From Octopus sinensis (Eukaryota): 64,000 bases of DNA. Location: positions 25,048,001 through 25,112,000 of the forward strand of contig NC_043021.1 in the NCBI RefSeq assembly GCF_006345805.1. Reading direction: 5' to 3'. Under the pieces are notes generated by a model. The model was not told the DNA's origin and made no database searches. It worked only from the letters and a program-made list of their open reading frames with translations. Below are positions 1 to 12,233 of this stretch, one piece after another (the first letter of the stretch is position 1; every line of letters begins with the position of its first letter). Position numbers and translations under genes: made by a program.

Positions 1-404
1 TAAGCTGGTCACCCACCGATCGACCCACACTGATGGAGTCGTTCTTCATAAAGTTTTTCTTTTCTTAATCAACACTTGTTGTAACTAATGAAGCACTGCA
101 GCATAGCAACAGAACCATGATGATATATCTCAAGAAACCCATTCCTACCATGACAGCCAGCCTCATAACACACCGAGCCATTGTAGCTGTCATGCTTGCA
201 TGGATGTTTGGTTAAAGAGCTGGCTTCCCAGCCATGTCGTTTTGGGTTCAGTCTCACTACATGGCACCTTGGACAAGTTCCTTTTACTATAGCCCTGGGC
301 CAACCAATGCCTTGTGAGTGGATCTGGTGGATGGAATCTATGTTGAAGCTCATTGTATGTATGTGTGTGTATACACACACACACACACATATATATATCT
401 TTTA

Positions 405-766
405 TCTTTTACTTGTTTCACTCATTAGACTGTAGCCATGCTGGAGCACCACCTTGAGGCATTGTAATCAAATGACCTAACCCCAGTACATTTATTCACG
501 TTTTAAGCCTGGTGCTTATTCTATCAATCTCTTTTGCTGAACCACTAAATAACAGGACATAAACAAACCAGCACCAGTTGTCAAGTGGTCATGGGGACAG
601 ACACACACACATACACACACACACACATGCACGCACATACCAAATCCACTCGCAAGGCTTTGGTTGGCCTGAGGCTATGGTAGAAGACACTTGCTCAAGG
701 TGCCATGCAGTGGGACTGAACCTGGAACCATGTGGTTGGGAAGCAAAGTTCTAACCACACAGCCAC
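405..766 (-). mobile_element. tRNA-headed SINE, family A
   Basis: Similar to the copies at 4719, 12875, 26533 and 30348, with an A/B-box-like head. Confidence 0.8.
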
Positions 767-1409
767 ACTTGTGCCTGTATATGCGTGTGTGTGTGTGTGT
801 GTCCCACCCCACTGCTTGACAACCAGTGTTGGTTTGCTTATGTTCCTGTAACTTAGCAATTTGGCAAAAGAGAACAATAAAATAAGTATCAGATCTAAAA
901 AATAAGTACAAGTGACAGGAAAAAGAAGTAAAAAGCAAAAGATGTATTTTGCTGTACTTGTGTGTTTGTGTGCATAAACATATATATAAACACACACACA
1001 CACACACACACATATATACAAGAAATATAAATATCATTAAAAATAATGTTACTGTCCAGCAAGAATAAAGCACCATAAAAGGTGAAATTATAAATATACT
1101 AAGCGGATGTACACAAAGTACAATCATTGCTAGAAATAGCAGCCAATAAGTTATCAGCACTATGTAAAGCTTCACTGAATTTGTTTACAGGCAGAGATGC
1201 TTGTGGGTGGTGAATATAATAAAGCTTTGCCTTACCTCTACAGATACTGTTGGAGGAATGAAGGTTAATTCAATGCTGCAGTTTCAAATTCTTCAGATCA
1301 CATGTATGAGCAGGAATCTGATTATCTTCAGTTGAATCTACCATTGGCAACAAAATTTTATAATATACACTACATATATGTGTATGTGTATATATATATA
1401 TATATATAT

Positions 1410-1952
1410 ATCGGTGAGCCGGGTGACGTGTCCAGCCCATCTATACTTGCTGCGTGTATACTCTGCGATGACATCTCTCACGGCGGACTTCTTTCTGATG
1501 ATCTTGCTACTGATGTGCTCTCTCAGCGAGATACCAAGCATTGACCTTTCCATGGCTCTTTGAGCCGTTACCAGTCTTTGCTCTTCTCTCTTTGTGGCAG
1601 CCTATGTTTCACTACCATATAACATTGCAGGCAAAACTGCACTGTTAATGAGGTTGGCGCGGGTGGTCCTGTTCAACCTTCCCTTGAGCACATCCCTTAT
1701 GCCATTGAACGCCTTCCATCCGGCCCTTACTCTCTGATAATCGGTGGACGCATGCAGTTGTTGAGTGGTACCCGCGTGAGCGGAAAAGACCACCTGGAAG
1801 ACCTCCACGACGGTGGAGTTACGATTTCAGGAGGACGATTGGGATCACGTGGATGAGAAAGGCGCGATCCAGGGAGGAGTGGACAGCGTGTTGTGACCAG
1901 CGGTGTCAAATGGACGCCTGACGGACTGGTCGGTCAAAGTGATCAAAGTGAT
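1410..1952. mobile_element. 5'-truncated RTE-clade LINE with inverted 5' segment (minus 1738-1410, plus 1736-1952)
   Basis: Minus strand: RVRAGWKAF...LPAMLYGSET*...WAGHVTRLTD. Plus strand continues DNRWTHAVVEWYPRERKRPPGRPP...DA*. Tail (CAAAGTGAT)x2, and (TA)n on both sides. Confidence 0.9.
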
Positions 1953-1974
1953 ATATATATATGTATGTGTGTGT

Positions 1975-2215
1975 GTAGCTTTGTAGTTAGGGTGTCAGCA
2001 CCATGATCGTAAGATTGTGGTTTCGATTCCTGGACCGGGTGACACGTTGTGCTCTTGAGCAAAACACTTCATTTCACGTTGCTCCAGTTCACTCAGCTGG
2101 CAAAAATGAGTAACGCTGCGATGGACTGGCCTCCCGTCCAGCTGGGGAACACATATGCCATTGAAACCGGGAAACCAGGCCCATGAGCCTGGCTAGGCTT
2201 TAAAAGGGCATATTT
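1975..2215 (+). mobile_element. tRNA-headed SINE, family B
   Basis: Head with ggtttcgattcc B-box. Reverse-complement copies at 38262-38500 and 47180-47418, and a partial copy near 7563. Confidence 0.82.
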
Positions 2216-2230
2216 ATTATTTATTTATAC

Positions 2231-2263
<33 letters not shown>

Positions 2264-2708
2264 TATATATAATGAGAGGACTGGATATTGCAAGAAAACA
2301 GTGACAATAAAACCATTTAAATATTTGTACAATTATAAATTTCTCCATTTACCATTCATATTTATTCTGTCAAATGTGAAGCTTATTTATTCATATTGTT
2401 TTGAATTAATCCTGAATTATCTTGTAGCTTCAAGATTTCAATCATGTCATTTATTTTGAGAATGACATTGTAGGGTAGGTGTGAGAGGCAGGGTCTAGCT
2501 GGTTCGATACCAAAGTACAACGCAAAATAATGATTTAATTAAAATTGTCCCAAGGAGGCGAAATTTGTGCTTCATTTGCCAGCTTCCGGTCTACGGAGCT
2601 TTTGACTGGTAGCACTTGCATGTGCAAGTTGTTTGCAAGACATCTATTTTTCAGAACAAGTTTTAGTTTTTGAGATTGAATTTAATGAGTATTGTTTGTT
2701 ATTTGCAG

Positions 2709-2845
2709 TTCATGGAACAAGAAGGGGTGGTGCCTCTGTTTCAGTTTTGGATGGCTGCTGAGAACTTCCAGCAACACCTGTCGCTGGCAATGGGTTGCTA
2801 CGATGGTTTACAGGCACAAGAAGATGCTATGGTTCTTTATGACAA
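2709..2845 (+). CDS. AKAP10: AKAP10/D-AKAP2 internal exon, second RGS domain (FMEQEGVVPLFQFWMAAENFQQH...AQEDAMVLYDK)
   Basis: ttgcag acceptor at 2708 and gtatgc donor at 2846. 137 nt, phase 0 to 2. The peptide matches the AKAP10 RGS motif QFWLAADNFQ...QEAQNDAMILYDKY. Confidence 0.93.
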
Positions 2846-3018
2846 GTATGCAGTGCAATTTGCATTTCTATTTTTAACCTTTCTTGTTGTGTGTGTTTGT
2901 GTGTGTGTGTGTATACACACACATGCACACTCCTGTACTTCTGCATTTTACTGGTCGTTTCTTAAATGAATTAATTGGCTCAAATTCGTTTCTAAAATTC
3001 CTTTTCCTTCTTCTTCAG

Positions 3019-3163
3019 GTATTTCTCCTTGCAAGCTACAGAACCATTAGGCTTTGACGATGCAATTCGGTTGGAAGTTGAAAGTAATATATGTCGGGAA
3101 GACGGGCCCCTGCCAGACTGCTTTGCGAAACCTAAAAACTTGGTGCTTCGTGTCATAGAAAAA
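3019..3163 (+). CDS. AKAP10: AKAP10 exon (YFSLQATEPLGFDDAIRLEVESNICREDGPLPDCF...VIEK)
   Basis: Polypyrimidine tract and cag at 3018, gtttgt donor at 3164. Phase 2 to 0. Near-identical to human YFSLQATHPLGFDDVVRLEIESNICREGGPLPNCF. Confidence 0.95.
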
Positions 3164-4282
3164 GTTTGTAGTTTTGCCTCATTTCTTGTCAATAACTTTT
3201 GCTTTTCTTTGAATGTTTTTCCCCTCTTATGTCCATTTTTTAATATTTTCTTTAAAGAATCTTTTTTTCTCATCTGAACGAATGAGATAATTCATATTTC
3301 TTGAGCCAATGAAGAAATCTCTGTGCAGTCACCTATGCAGTCACTTGACCTTGCTTGAAATAGCAACCAAATCTTTAAATCACTTAAAAGAGGGAGGATA
3401 CATAGGGTAATGTACTCCTAGATATATAATCCCAAAGAAAAACATGGGACTGTCATAGGTTGAATGTTTTGGGTCTTAATTCTGTTTGGTTAAGGTAATT
3501 TGTTCTTAAATAACTGCTGCTGCTCCTCCTCCCCACCCACCCCATGCATTATTGGTCATCCCCACCCCATTGCCCACCATCCACCCCGTCCATTCTCTAC
3601 GGTTCTCACCTACTCTTCCCTACCTTCCCTATTTATCATCCCTCAACACCTTCAATTATTCCCCATCCCTCACTCTCCCTTACACTCTTGCAGCCTTTAC
3701 CCATCCACCCACCTCGAGGGTCTACCCTTCCACCCCATCACCCCAATGTTTATCTCTTCTCAGTTCTATCCTGACCGCCTTGACTCTCTCTTCCAAAATA
3801 GGAGCAGCCATGTTAACCTTCTAGAGCAAGAGACCCGTTTCTGCCTGCTCTGGCCCCTTTTCTCATCCCACCCTCATCTCCTAGCATAAAGCTGCGTCCC
3901 AGAAGGTCCGTAGTCTTACAAGCTGCAAGGTGACCCAGTCCATACTCTGCAAAGTGGTTGGCAACCATTCCTCTGAAGACATTTGTCTGCTTGAACCCAT
4001 CAGATCCTGTCGAGCAATCTGAGCCAGTCTGGAGCAATCATGTTGAATGATGGTGATTCAACAACAACAACAACAACATGTAGTTATGACTTTGATAGAG
4101 TCATGTCTATTGATTTGTTAATCTTTAGTCACATGACTGGTTCAATACGTTGTCCACCTGCCGTTAGAGGCATCCACCAAACCTGCTTCACTCTTATCCA
4201 CACTCTCCCGAATGTCCTCCTCTGTTTTTTTTTACTTGTGGAGTGGCAGATTTTGCTGCAAATGATTGTAAAAATAACAGAC

Positions 4283-4624
4283 GTGGCTGTGTGGCTAAGA
4301 AGTTTGCTTCCCAACCACAGAGTTTCGGGTTCAGTCCCTCTGCATGGCACTTTGAACAAGTGTCTTCTACTAAAAGCCTTGTGGTGGGTTTTGTTGATGG
4401 AAACTGGAAGAAGACCATTCTGTGTGTGTGTGTCCTTCATTACTGCTTGACAACTGGTGTTGGTTTATTTATGTCCCCATAACTTAGTGGTTCGGCAAAA
4501 GAGAGTGATAGAATAAGTGCCAAGTAAAAAAAAAATGTACAAAAAAAGTGCTGAGTTTGATTTGTTCAACTAAAAAAAAAAATCCTTAAAGGTGATGTCC
4601 CAGCATGGCCACAGTCAAACGACT
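4283..4624 (+). mobile_element. tRNA-headed SINE, family A
   Basis: Head gtggctgtgtgg...gggttcagtccc (A/B-box-like). Body matches the reverse complement of the other family A copies. Confidence 0.8.
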
Positions 4625-4718
4625 CAATAGAAGTTACACACATTAAACCATCACTAGTGAGGAGTCAGTAGTTTTGGGTTACCTCCCTTGGTTTTTATAT
4701 TCTTTTCTCGTTTTCTCG

Positions 4719-5091
4719 TTTACTTGTTTCAGTCATTTGACTGCAGCCATGCTGGAGCACCGCCTTTAATCGAGCAACTCGACCCCGAGACTTATTCTTT
4801 GTAAGCCCAGTACTTATTCTATCAATCTCTTTTTGCCGAACCGCTAAGTGACGGGGACATAAACACACCAGCATCGGTTGTCAAGCAATGCTAGGAGGAC
4901 AAACGCAGACACACATACATATATATACATATATACGACAGGCTTCTTTCAGTTTCCATCTACCAAATCCACTCACAAGGCATTGGTCGGGCTGAGGCTA
5001 TAGCGGAAGACACTTGCCCAAGATGCCACACAGTGGGCTGAACCTGGAACCATGTGGTTGGTAAGCAAGCTACTTACCACACAGCCACTCC
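4719..5091 (-). mobile_element. tRNA-headed SINE, family A
   Basis: High similarity to the copies at 12875, 26533 and 30348. Confidence 0.88.
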
Positions 5092-5816
5092 TGCACCTGG
5101 CTAATATTTTATAACAGTGTCTTCCGTGATGCTGTTTGAACCAATGTCCACAGCAGTCACAACAACAGTCTTTAAGGGAGTGCGATGGGCGAAGGCCCTT
5201 ATTTTCCTTTCGTGTTTTACCCTCTCTACTATGTATGCATCTTTCAGTTGTCATCGCTGTCTTTCCTTTACTTGCTTTTCTGCCCCTTTTTCCACTGAGT
5301 TGTGATATACAAGGAAGTTGTTATTGTTACTGCTACTACTACTACGATCTGGCAGAATCACAAGCCCACCACCTTAACGTTTGGATTTCAAATTCCACCA
5401 AGGTTGACTTTGCCTTTCATCTTTTAGGAGCCAATAAAATAATTACCATTCAGGTACTGGGGTCACTGTAATCAACTTGACCCAACTTTCCTTAAAACTG
5501 CTGGAAAAGAAAGGATTATAATCCTTATGATAACAGGATGGGGTTGCAGTTTTGAACAGGTGAACAATGTTCTTTCCTGACTTTGTGTGGTTTGGTTCCA
5601 GCAAGAAAGTAAGAACTGGAGACATCAAAGGGAAATGGCGGGAGAGATTGTCTAAAAATATTTGGTGCCTGGAATTTAGGTGTTTTAAGCCCAAAATTCC
5701 AGGTGTCTTTGGATAATGTATAAGGGACTTAACTCTTTTTGTCTTAATGTAACCAATAGTCACACACCCACATGCACTCACACTCATTCACACACAACCG
5801 CACCTTTCTGTTTCTC

Positions 5817-5854
<38 letters not shown>

Positions 5855-5924
5855 ATGTGTTTGTGTAGATACATGCCTAATGGTCTGTGAAAGAAAAGGC
5901 ACCAAAGACAAAATTGTTAATGAC

Positions 5925-6067
5925 TACACTCGCAGAGTGGTTGGCGTTAGGAAGGGCATCCAGCCGTAGAAACACTGCCAGATCTGAATGGGCCTGACGA
6001 AGCCTTCCAGCTTCACAGACCCCAGTTGACCCATCCAACCCATGCTAGCATGGAAAGCGGACGCTAA

Positions 6068-6098
<31 letters not shown>
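5925..6098 (+). mobile_element. Isolated 3' end of the RTE family (gagtggttggcgttaggaagggcatcc...(GAT)n tail)
   Basis: Same 3' module ends the LINE copies at 23540 and 26330. Further copies near 8182, 46930 (+) and 15020, 23905, 50440 (-). Confidence 0.8.
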
Positions 6099-6100
<2 letters not shown>

Positions 6101-6683
6101 CCAATATGTTGTTTCTCCCACAAATGGTTTGATTGTTTACAACAAGTGGGATTCTAACGAGTTAAGCATCTGTATTCTTGGCAGTCAGCCTGGTTGCTGG
6201 GAAAAACAGGTTCTTGCCTGAATGGTTAGTTGTTTGCTGACATCTTCAATCCTGGATAAAATCATGTTTGGTGTTTACAGTTATTTTCACACCTGAACTC
6301 AGTGATTCAAGTGCAATTCCTAAACAGTGATTTGGTGCTTCAGACTCTACCAGTGATTTAGGAAATCACAGATTTGGAGATTGTTGTTTTTACTATTGAA
6401 TCTAGAATTTGGAGTGTGACCTTATATCAGCCAGGCAGACTGAGACATGCAGTTATGAGTAAAGAGCCAAAAGCCACAACATAACTGTTCTAGAAGTTTT
6501 GAACACCTGACCATGTGGTTAAAAACTCACCATCTAAGGCCCACATTTATCTCGTATATTTGTCTAAATAATCTAATTGCTTTCAATGAGTATATTTTCT
6601 GTATTTCAAGCTCTTTATTGCTGTCTCATTGTCTCATACTCTCTTCAGTTTCTCTCCTTATGTGCATCTTTCCTCTTCTTCAG

Positions 6684-6795
6684 ATCTACTTCCCAAGCTT
6701 CCTTCAAGGTGATCTCTACTACAAATATCTTTCGGAGCTTATCAACACTGTCCAATTAGCCCATGATCTGCCTCAGAAAGTCAGGCGACGCTTAG
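6684..6795 (+). CDS. AKAP10: AKAP10 exon (IYFPSFLQGDLYYKYLSELINTV...RRRL)
   Basis: cttcttcag acceptor and ag|gtaag donor. 112 nt, phase 0 to 1. Matches the RGS C-terminal helix FLPGFLSSNLYYKYLNDLIHSV. Confidence 0.93.
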
Positions 6796-7884
6796 GTAAG
6801 CATTTCTTCTTCTCTTTCTCTCTCATTCCTCTCCTTCATTAGACACCATTTCAATCCTTTTTATATCAACCTGCCTGAAATGGCCCCTAATTTCTCTATC
6901 ACAAACTCTGTGTTTCAAAGTAATCAAAATTAAAAGCCTTTCATCAAAACTTCAGGTGAATTTATGTTCCAAACCCCAATTGGATAACAAAAGTTATTTT
7001 GATAAATTCTTTATTATTCTTTGCAACCATGTCCTGAAGGGGTGCCTAAACACACCCTTTGTTCTAGGTGCACAACCTGTTACCCTCCCCATTCAAACCT
7101 TCTCACCCTTTTCCTTTTCTTTTGCTCCTTTGCTGAGGTAGTTATAGAGTTTGAGTTTTTTCCTCATTAATTTAATCTTTTATACTTTTAATGGTTTTTT
7201 TTTTTTTTTTTCTTCCTGTAAAAATATGTGAGTAAAACCTTAAAGAGTAAAAATTTCAAAAAATTAATTGAAACAAAAGCAGCATATATTCTATTATAAA
7301 TATGGTAAGAATAGGGTTAAGGGGTCCCCTTATTGAAACTGTTCAACCTTCATCTTTTCCAATAATCTCCCTCAAAACAATCTCCCTTGATTGCTTTAAA
7401 TATTCTGATTTTATAATTTAAGTTACAATTTATCAACATTTTATACAATCCCTCAGTCAAGCTGTAATTAAGATTGAGAGCAATAACTCATTAATTATAC
7501 TCTTTGAGGTGTATTCTTTAAATTAGCATCACTCTTTGAATTTCAAGTGAAAATACTGTGATGGCGTGTGGTGTAGTGATTAAGTTGTTGGTCTCGCAAT
7601 CACAGGGTTGTGGTTTCAATTCCTGGACTGGGTGGGGCACTGTGTTCTTGAGCAAAACACTTGGTACATGCTTGTTAGTCTGTAATGTTAAGTTCAATTC
7701 CTCTTGAGGTAAAAACCTAGTTTCGGTGAATGAACATTCTCTTCAGGGAAAGATTTGGCAAGATTTTTAGCTAAAAAGAAAGAAAAAAATGAATCTGTGA
7801 TGAGTACTTGTTGACCTTATAGATGTTTGGTGATTTAGAGAGGATTATAGGATTATCTGTTGTTTGTTTGTTTTGATATTTTAG

Positions 7885-8077
7885 GCAGCGATGCTTCATC
7901 TGAGCACAGTATTGGCAGTCAAAGCACTGGAACAGAAAGTATTAGCTCTCGTAACACACTCCTGGCCGCAGCAGACACTAGTCATTTCAAGAAGGCGTTC
8001 AATAAAATTGATGTTGATATGCGTATAGATACAATCCTTTTGAATCCAGATGCTCTCTGGAAGAGGAATAACACAGG
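7885..8077 (+). CDS. AKAP10: AKAP10 exon (GSDASSEHSIGSQ...MRIDTILLNPDALWKRNNTG)
   Basis: ttttag acceptor and gg|gtaagt donor. 193 nt, phase 1 to 2. The end resembles the AKAP10 segment IIVDAASLDPESLYQRTYAG. Confidence 0.88.
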
Positions 8078-8927
8078 GTAAGTTGTTGCCATGACTACCT
8101 TTCATCGACTTGATCGAGAACCCAAGATGGTTTATGTGTAAACACCTTGTTACCATGGTAACTCTTTATGAAAAAATATCTGGCGTTAGGAAGGGCATCC
8201 AGCTGTAGAAACTCTGCCAGATCAAGACTGGAGCCTGGTGCAGCCATCTGTTTCACCAGCCCACAGTCAAACCGTCCAACCCATGCTAGCATGGAAAGTG
8301 GACGTTAAACGACGATGATGATGATGATGATCTCTCTTAAAGGAACTAAAATTGCAACATTTGGGTTGACACAGGCTTAGCCGTGTGGTTAAGAAATCTC
8401 ATTCCCGACCATGTAGTTCCAAGTTCAGTCTCACTGTGTGGTACCATGACCAACTGTCTTTAACTTGAGCCCTGGGCCTATCAAAGCCTTGTGAGTGAAT
8501 TTGGTAGAAGGAAACTGAAAGAAGCCTGTCACTGTTGTGTGTGTGTGCATGTCTCATTACCTTGACATCATGTGTTAGTCGTAAATGAGTTTCACCCTCA
8601 TATAAGGGATGTCGTTCATTTCCAGACTTTCATGAAAGTGTGTCCAGCTCTGCGGAAATATTACCTTGTTTGGAAACAGGTAAAGGTTGGCAGCAAGAAA
8701 GGTGTCTGGCTGTAAAAAATCTGTTTCAACAAATTCCATCTGATTCCTGCAAGCATGAAAAAGTGGTGAGGGTAGTGATGAAACAGATGTATTGTGGATT
8801 AGGTTTAATCATGCAGTGGATTAAACCTAATAATCCTGCTAACATCCACGATGTTGTTGTTGTTGTACAAGAAAATCCCATCAAATTCTCTCAATTTTAA
8901 TTTTGATTCCTTTTCATGTCTTTCTAG

Positions 8928-9010
8928 GAAAATGTCCTTCGGTCGTATAAACAATCTTGGCCAGTTCGTGTCAGAGTATGACCCTGAGCCAGAACATGAC
9001 AAAAAGAAAG
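8928..9010 (+). CDS. AKAP10: AKAP10 exon (KMSFGRINNLGQFVSEYDPEPEHDKKK)
   Basis: tttctag acceptor and ag|gtgatt donor. Phase 2 to 1. Matches KMTFGRVSDLGQFIRESEPEP. Confidence 0.93.
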
Positions 9011-9145
9011 GTGATTAATCTTCATTTAATCCCTCTTTTAATCTTTCTTCTTAACTTTTCGATCTTCTTCCATTTTTGTTTGTTTGCAGTTTCTCTCTTC
9101 CCCAATCAACATCTTTTAATAAATCTCCGTCAATGTTTCTTCCAG

Positions 9146-9183
9146 GTTCAATGTTCTTCAGAAAACGAAAAGATCGAGAAAAG
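9146..9183 (+). CDS. AKAP10: AKAP10 38-nt exon (GSMFFRKRKDREK)
   Basis: cttccag acceptor and aag|gtgagg donor. Phase 1 to 0, which joins the flanking exons in frame. GSMF matches human KGSMFSQ. Confidence 0.85.
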
Positions 9184-9348
9184 GTGAGGAACCCAAATAC
9201 ATGAGGAATCTAAATTATATGAAATATTGTTTGTTTGTTACCCCCCCCTCCCTCCTTACTGCCTTCCTTTCTTTGTGTGTAAGGTATGTGTGTATGAGGG
9301 GAAGTCGATAATTACCTGCACTTTCACCATAACATATCAATATTATTA

Positions 9349-9933
9349 TCTCACTGCCTTCTACGCCTGCAAGCTTATTACTGTTGGTATTACTGTGGTC
9401 ACTTGATCGCAGTTTGAGCCTGATCACACCATTTTTCTTTCTGGTTTTACAGTCTAAGCCTGGCTGCTCCACTAGCAATGGGCACCAAAGAAGAACAAAG
9501 AGCAGTAATCCAAGAGATGGTCATGGGGAACCGGTTCTCCATTACCATCTCCAAGAGAACCGGTTCCCCATTAAGCTTGCTGAATTTTCTCGTCAGTGGT
9601 GGAAGTTGACAGACGTCCTCTCCCTCTTCATGCATCATGCTTCTCCGGCCACTTGTAAACTTCTCAATCTACTCGTACACACTTCTACATGGTAGGACAC
9701 TGTCCCCATACCGTACCAAAAGCCTCTGATGAATTTCAGCCCCTGACACACCTCCTGACCAGAGAAATCCGATCACTGCTTTTTGTCTTTCTTTGGTGCA
9801 CATTGCTAGTGGAGCGGCCGTGCTTACACTGCAAAGCCAGAAAGAAAAATGGTGCGATCAGGCTCAAACTTCAATCACATGACCACAATAGTACCAACTT
9901 TAAGCTTGCATGCATCTGCAGAAAGCAGTGAGA
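9349..9933. mobile_element. MITE / non-autonomous DNA transposon with about 160-bp imperfect terminal inverted repeats
   Basis: 9349-9510 is the reverse complement of 9771-9933. There is also an internal perfect 17-bp inverted repeat (9523-9539 / 9555-9571). Confidence 0.75.
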
Positions 9934-11984
9934 CTAACTTTATTATTATAAAGTTATGCTGTAGCAAAAGTGCAGATAATTTTTGACTTCCCCTTATATA
10001 TGTACACAACCACACATGCACACACACACACAAACACATATAAATAATCATCATTATCCGTTTTGCATCTGTTGTTTTCTCCACACCAGTATGAGTCAGA
10101 CATCAATTATTGAGGTAGTAGCATTCTGTGGGTAGAGGCTTTTCTTGTCACCGATCTTTCTCTGTTTTTCAAGTAAGATATTTTAAGTATTTTATTGGTC
10201 TTCTATTCATATCAAAAGCATTAAACTATTGGATGTGTATACACAAGCTCACTCTGCCTCCGATGATGTCAGTGTAGAGATGCATGGAGATAAACCTCAC
10301 ACACACACACAACACCTCCACACATGAAGAACTTCTGTCCAGTTTCTTTTTACCAAACTGCCTCAAGATCCACAGGTTATCCCACAAGGTGGTACCTAAT
10401 GGGGTAGAAGACCCCAAAAGGTAGTACCTGATGGGGTGGGACCTAAAAGCACAGGTTTATCAAGCAAACTGTGCAACCAGCCAATCATGCCTATGTCTAT
10501 ATATGTCTATATACACCCACTTTGTGGTCTATATATGGTTGAGTGTTGATGTTTTATATTAACCCTGGCTGAGGTATACTCAGCTGGTGTTTAGCATTGA
10601 AGATCTGATGACTTACAGTGACACTCGGCATGTGTTGGGCGTTTTAAAATAAGTGGAGCTCAACCCTCTCCAGGCTTGACCACTCTGTTGATGCCTTCCA
10701 GAAGAGAAAGAAAGAGTTGGAGTAGCAGGATTCGAACCCAGAGAACTGGAATGATTCCAACAAAGCCATCTCTCTGATGTTCTAATGATTCTGCCATCAT
10801 TGTTTGCTGTTCCCAGACCAAAGCTGATCTGCTCCTGTTTGTAGAACCAATATGAATATTTGTGATTCTGTTGATTCCTCACTAATATCTTCTCTCCATC
10901 ATTGCTGGGTAGATGCCTTCTACCATGGCCTCAAGCTGATTACAGCCTACGAGTTACAACCAAAAACTGTGCAGAAGCCTTTCATAAGGATTGTTTCTGT
11001 TCTTGTGTCTAGCAGCTGTCTTAATACACTTCTCTGCCCACCACCACTGCCACCACAACCTTACTCTTGGATGCCTTTAGCTGAGTTCTCCCTGTTGTAT
11101 ACCTTCAGACCAGACTTTTGATTTAGGAATTCCTCAATCATTCTGTCCCTTCTATCTCAGAAATCCTGAAAAGATCCAATTTCCTTACCTTTCTGATGAA
11201 GTTACGTAAATAAATAAAGGGAAAAAATCAAATTTACAAAATTCCATTATTATCATCATCATCATCATCATTATCATATTATTATTGAGTGAGAGAGAGC
11301 AGTGCATGCCATCAAAGTGACACTGGGGTAAAATATACGAAGCCCAGTATACCCATCATGACTACCCGTCTGATAAGGGTACACCAGGCTCATGCATCAC
11401 AACCATATGTGCGCAACATGGTGATCTCATATCAAGGTAAACAGCACATGACCTTGCAGGTGGGGCCCAGTTAGAATTTTTTTCAGGTCGAGTAACCCAT
11501 CCCGCTCAAACGGTCCCTGAATAAGGGTTGTTTAAGGATGTTGATCAAAACACAAATGTTTCCAGAGGTGAATTATTCAAACCCCAAAGAATCCCTCTCA
11601 ACACATGGCTATGATGCTCCCCACTACTTCTGCTCGTGATCAGAAATGCACATATCGTCAGCCACTAAGGGACATGCTCAACTGGTTACGGTCAAACAAC
11701 TGACAAGCAAATCTGTGGTATTGAGCAGAATATTTGCTGTAGCCCATCTTTTATACCAAGACAAAACAATGTACATGATAACACTTCCTGATCAGTTAAG
11801 ATCAGAAGCCATGAGAGCCACTGCCTGGTACTGCATCAGGGCATTTATTATTATTATTATTACCATTATTATCATCATCATTATTATTATTATTATTATT
11901 GTTATTGTTATTGTTATTACCATTATTATTATCATCATCATTATTATTATTATTATTGTTATTGTTATTGTTATTGTTATTGGT

Positions 11985-12188
11985 GAGCTGGCAGAATCAT
12001 TAGCATGTCAAGCGAAATGTTTAATGGCATTTCGTCCATCTTTACATTCTGAGTTCAAATTCTGCCAAGGTTGACTTTGCTTTCCATCGTCTTGGGGTCA
12101 ATAAAATAAGAACCAGTTTGGCACTGGGTCAATGTAATCAACTTATCCTCTCCTTCGAAATTGCTGACCTTGTGTCAAAATTTGAAAC
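11985..12188 (+). mobile_element. SINE-like repeat, family C (tggcagaatc...ctgagttcaaatt...gtaatcaactt)
   Basis: Copies at 29660 (+), 58497 (-) and 27850 (-), with partial copies at 5345, 12520, 18185 and 18565. Confidence 0.8.
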
Positions 12189-12221
<33 letters not shown>

Positions 12222-12233
12222 TATTAATTACAG

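Noticed and set aside
1191-1370. Candidate upstream AKAP10 exon after the tttacag at 1190
   Set aside because: No frame resembles the expected preceding peptide (FCKYQIEVLTSG...LADILF) and there is no convincing in-phase donor.
4283-4350. tRNA gene (also heads of other SINE copies)
   Set aside because: A/B-box-like motifs are present but there is no complete cloverleaf, and the sequence continues into a repeated SINE body.
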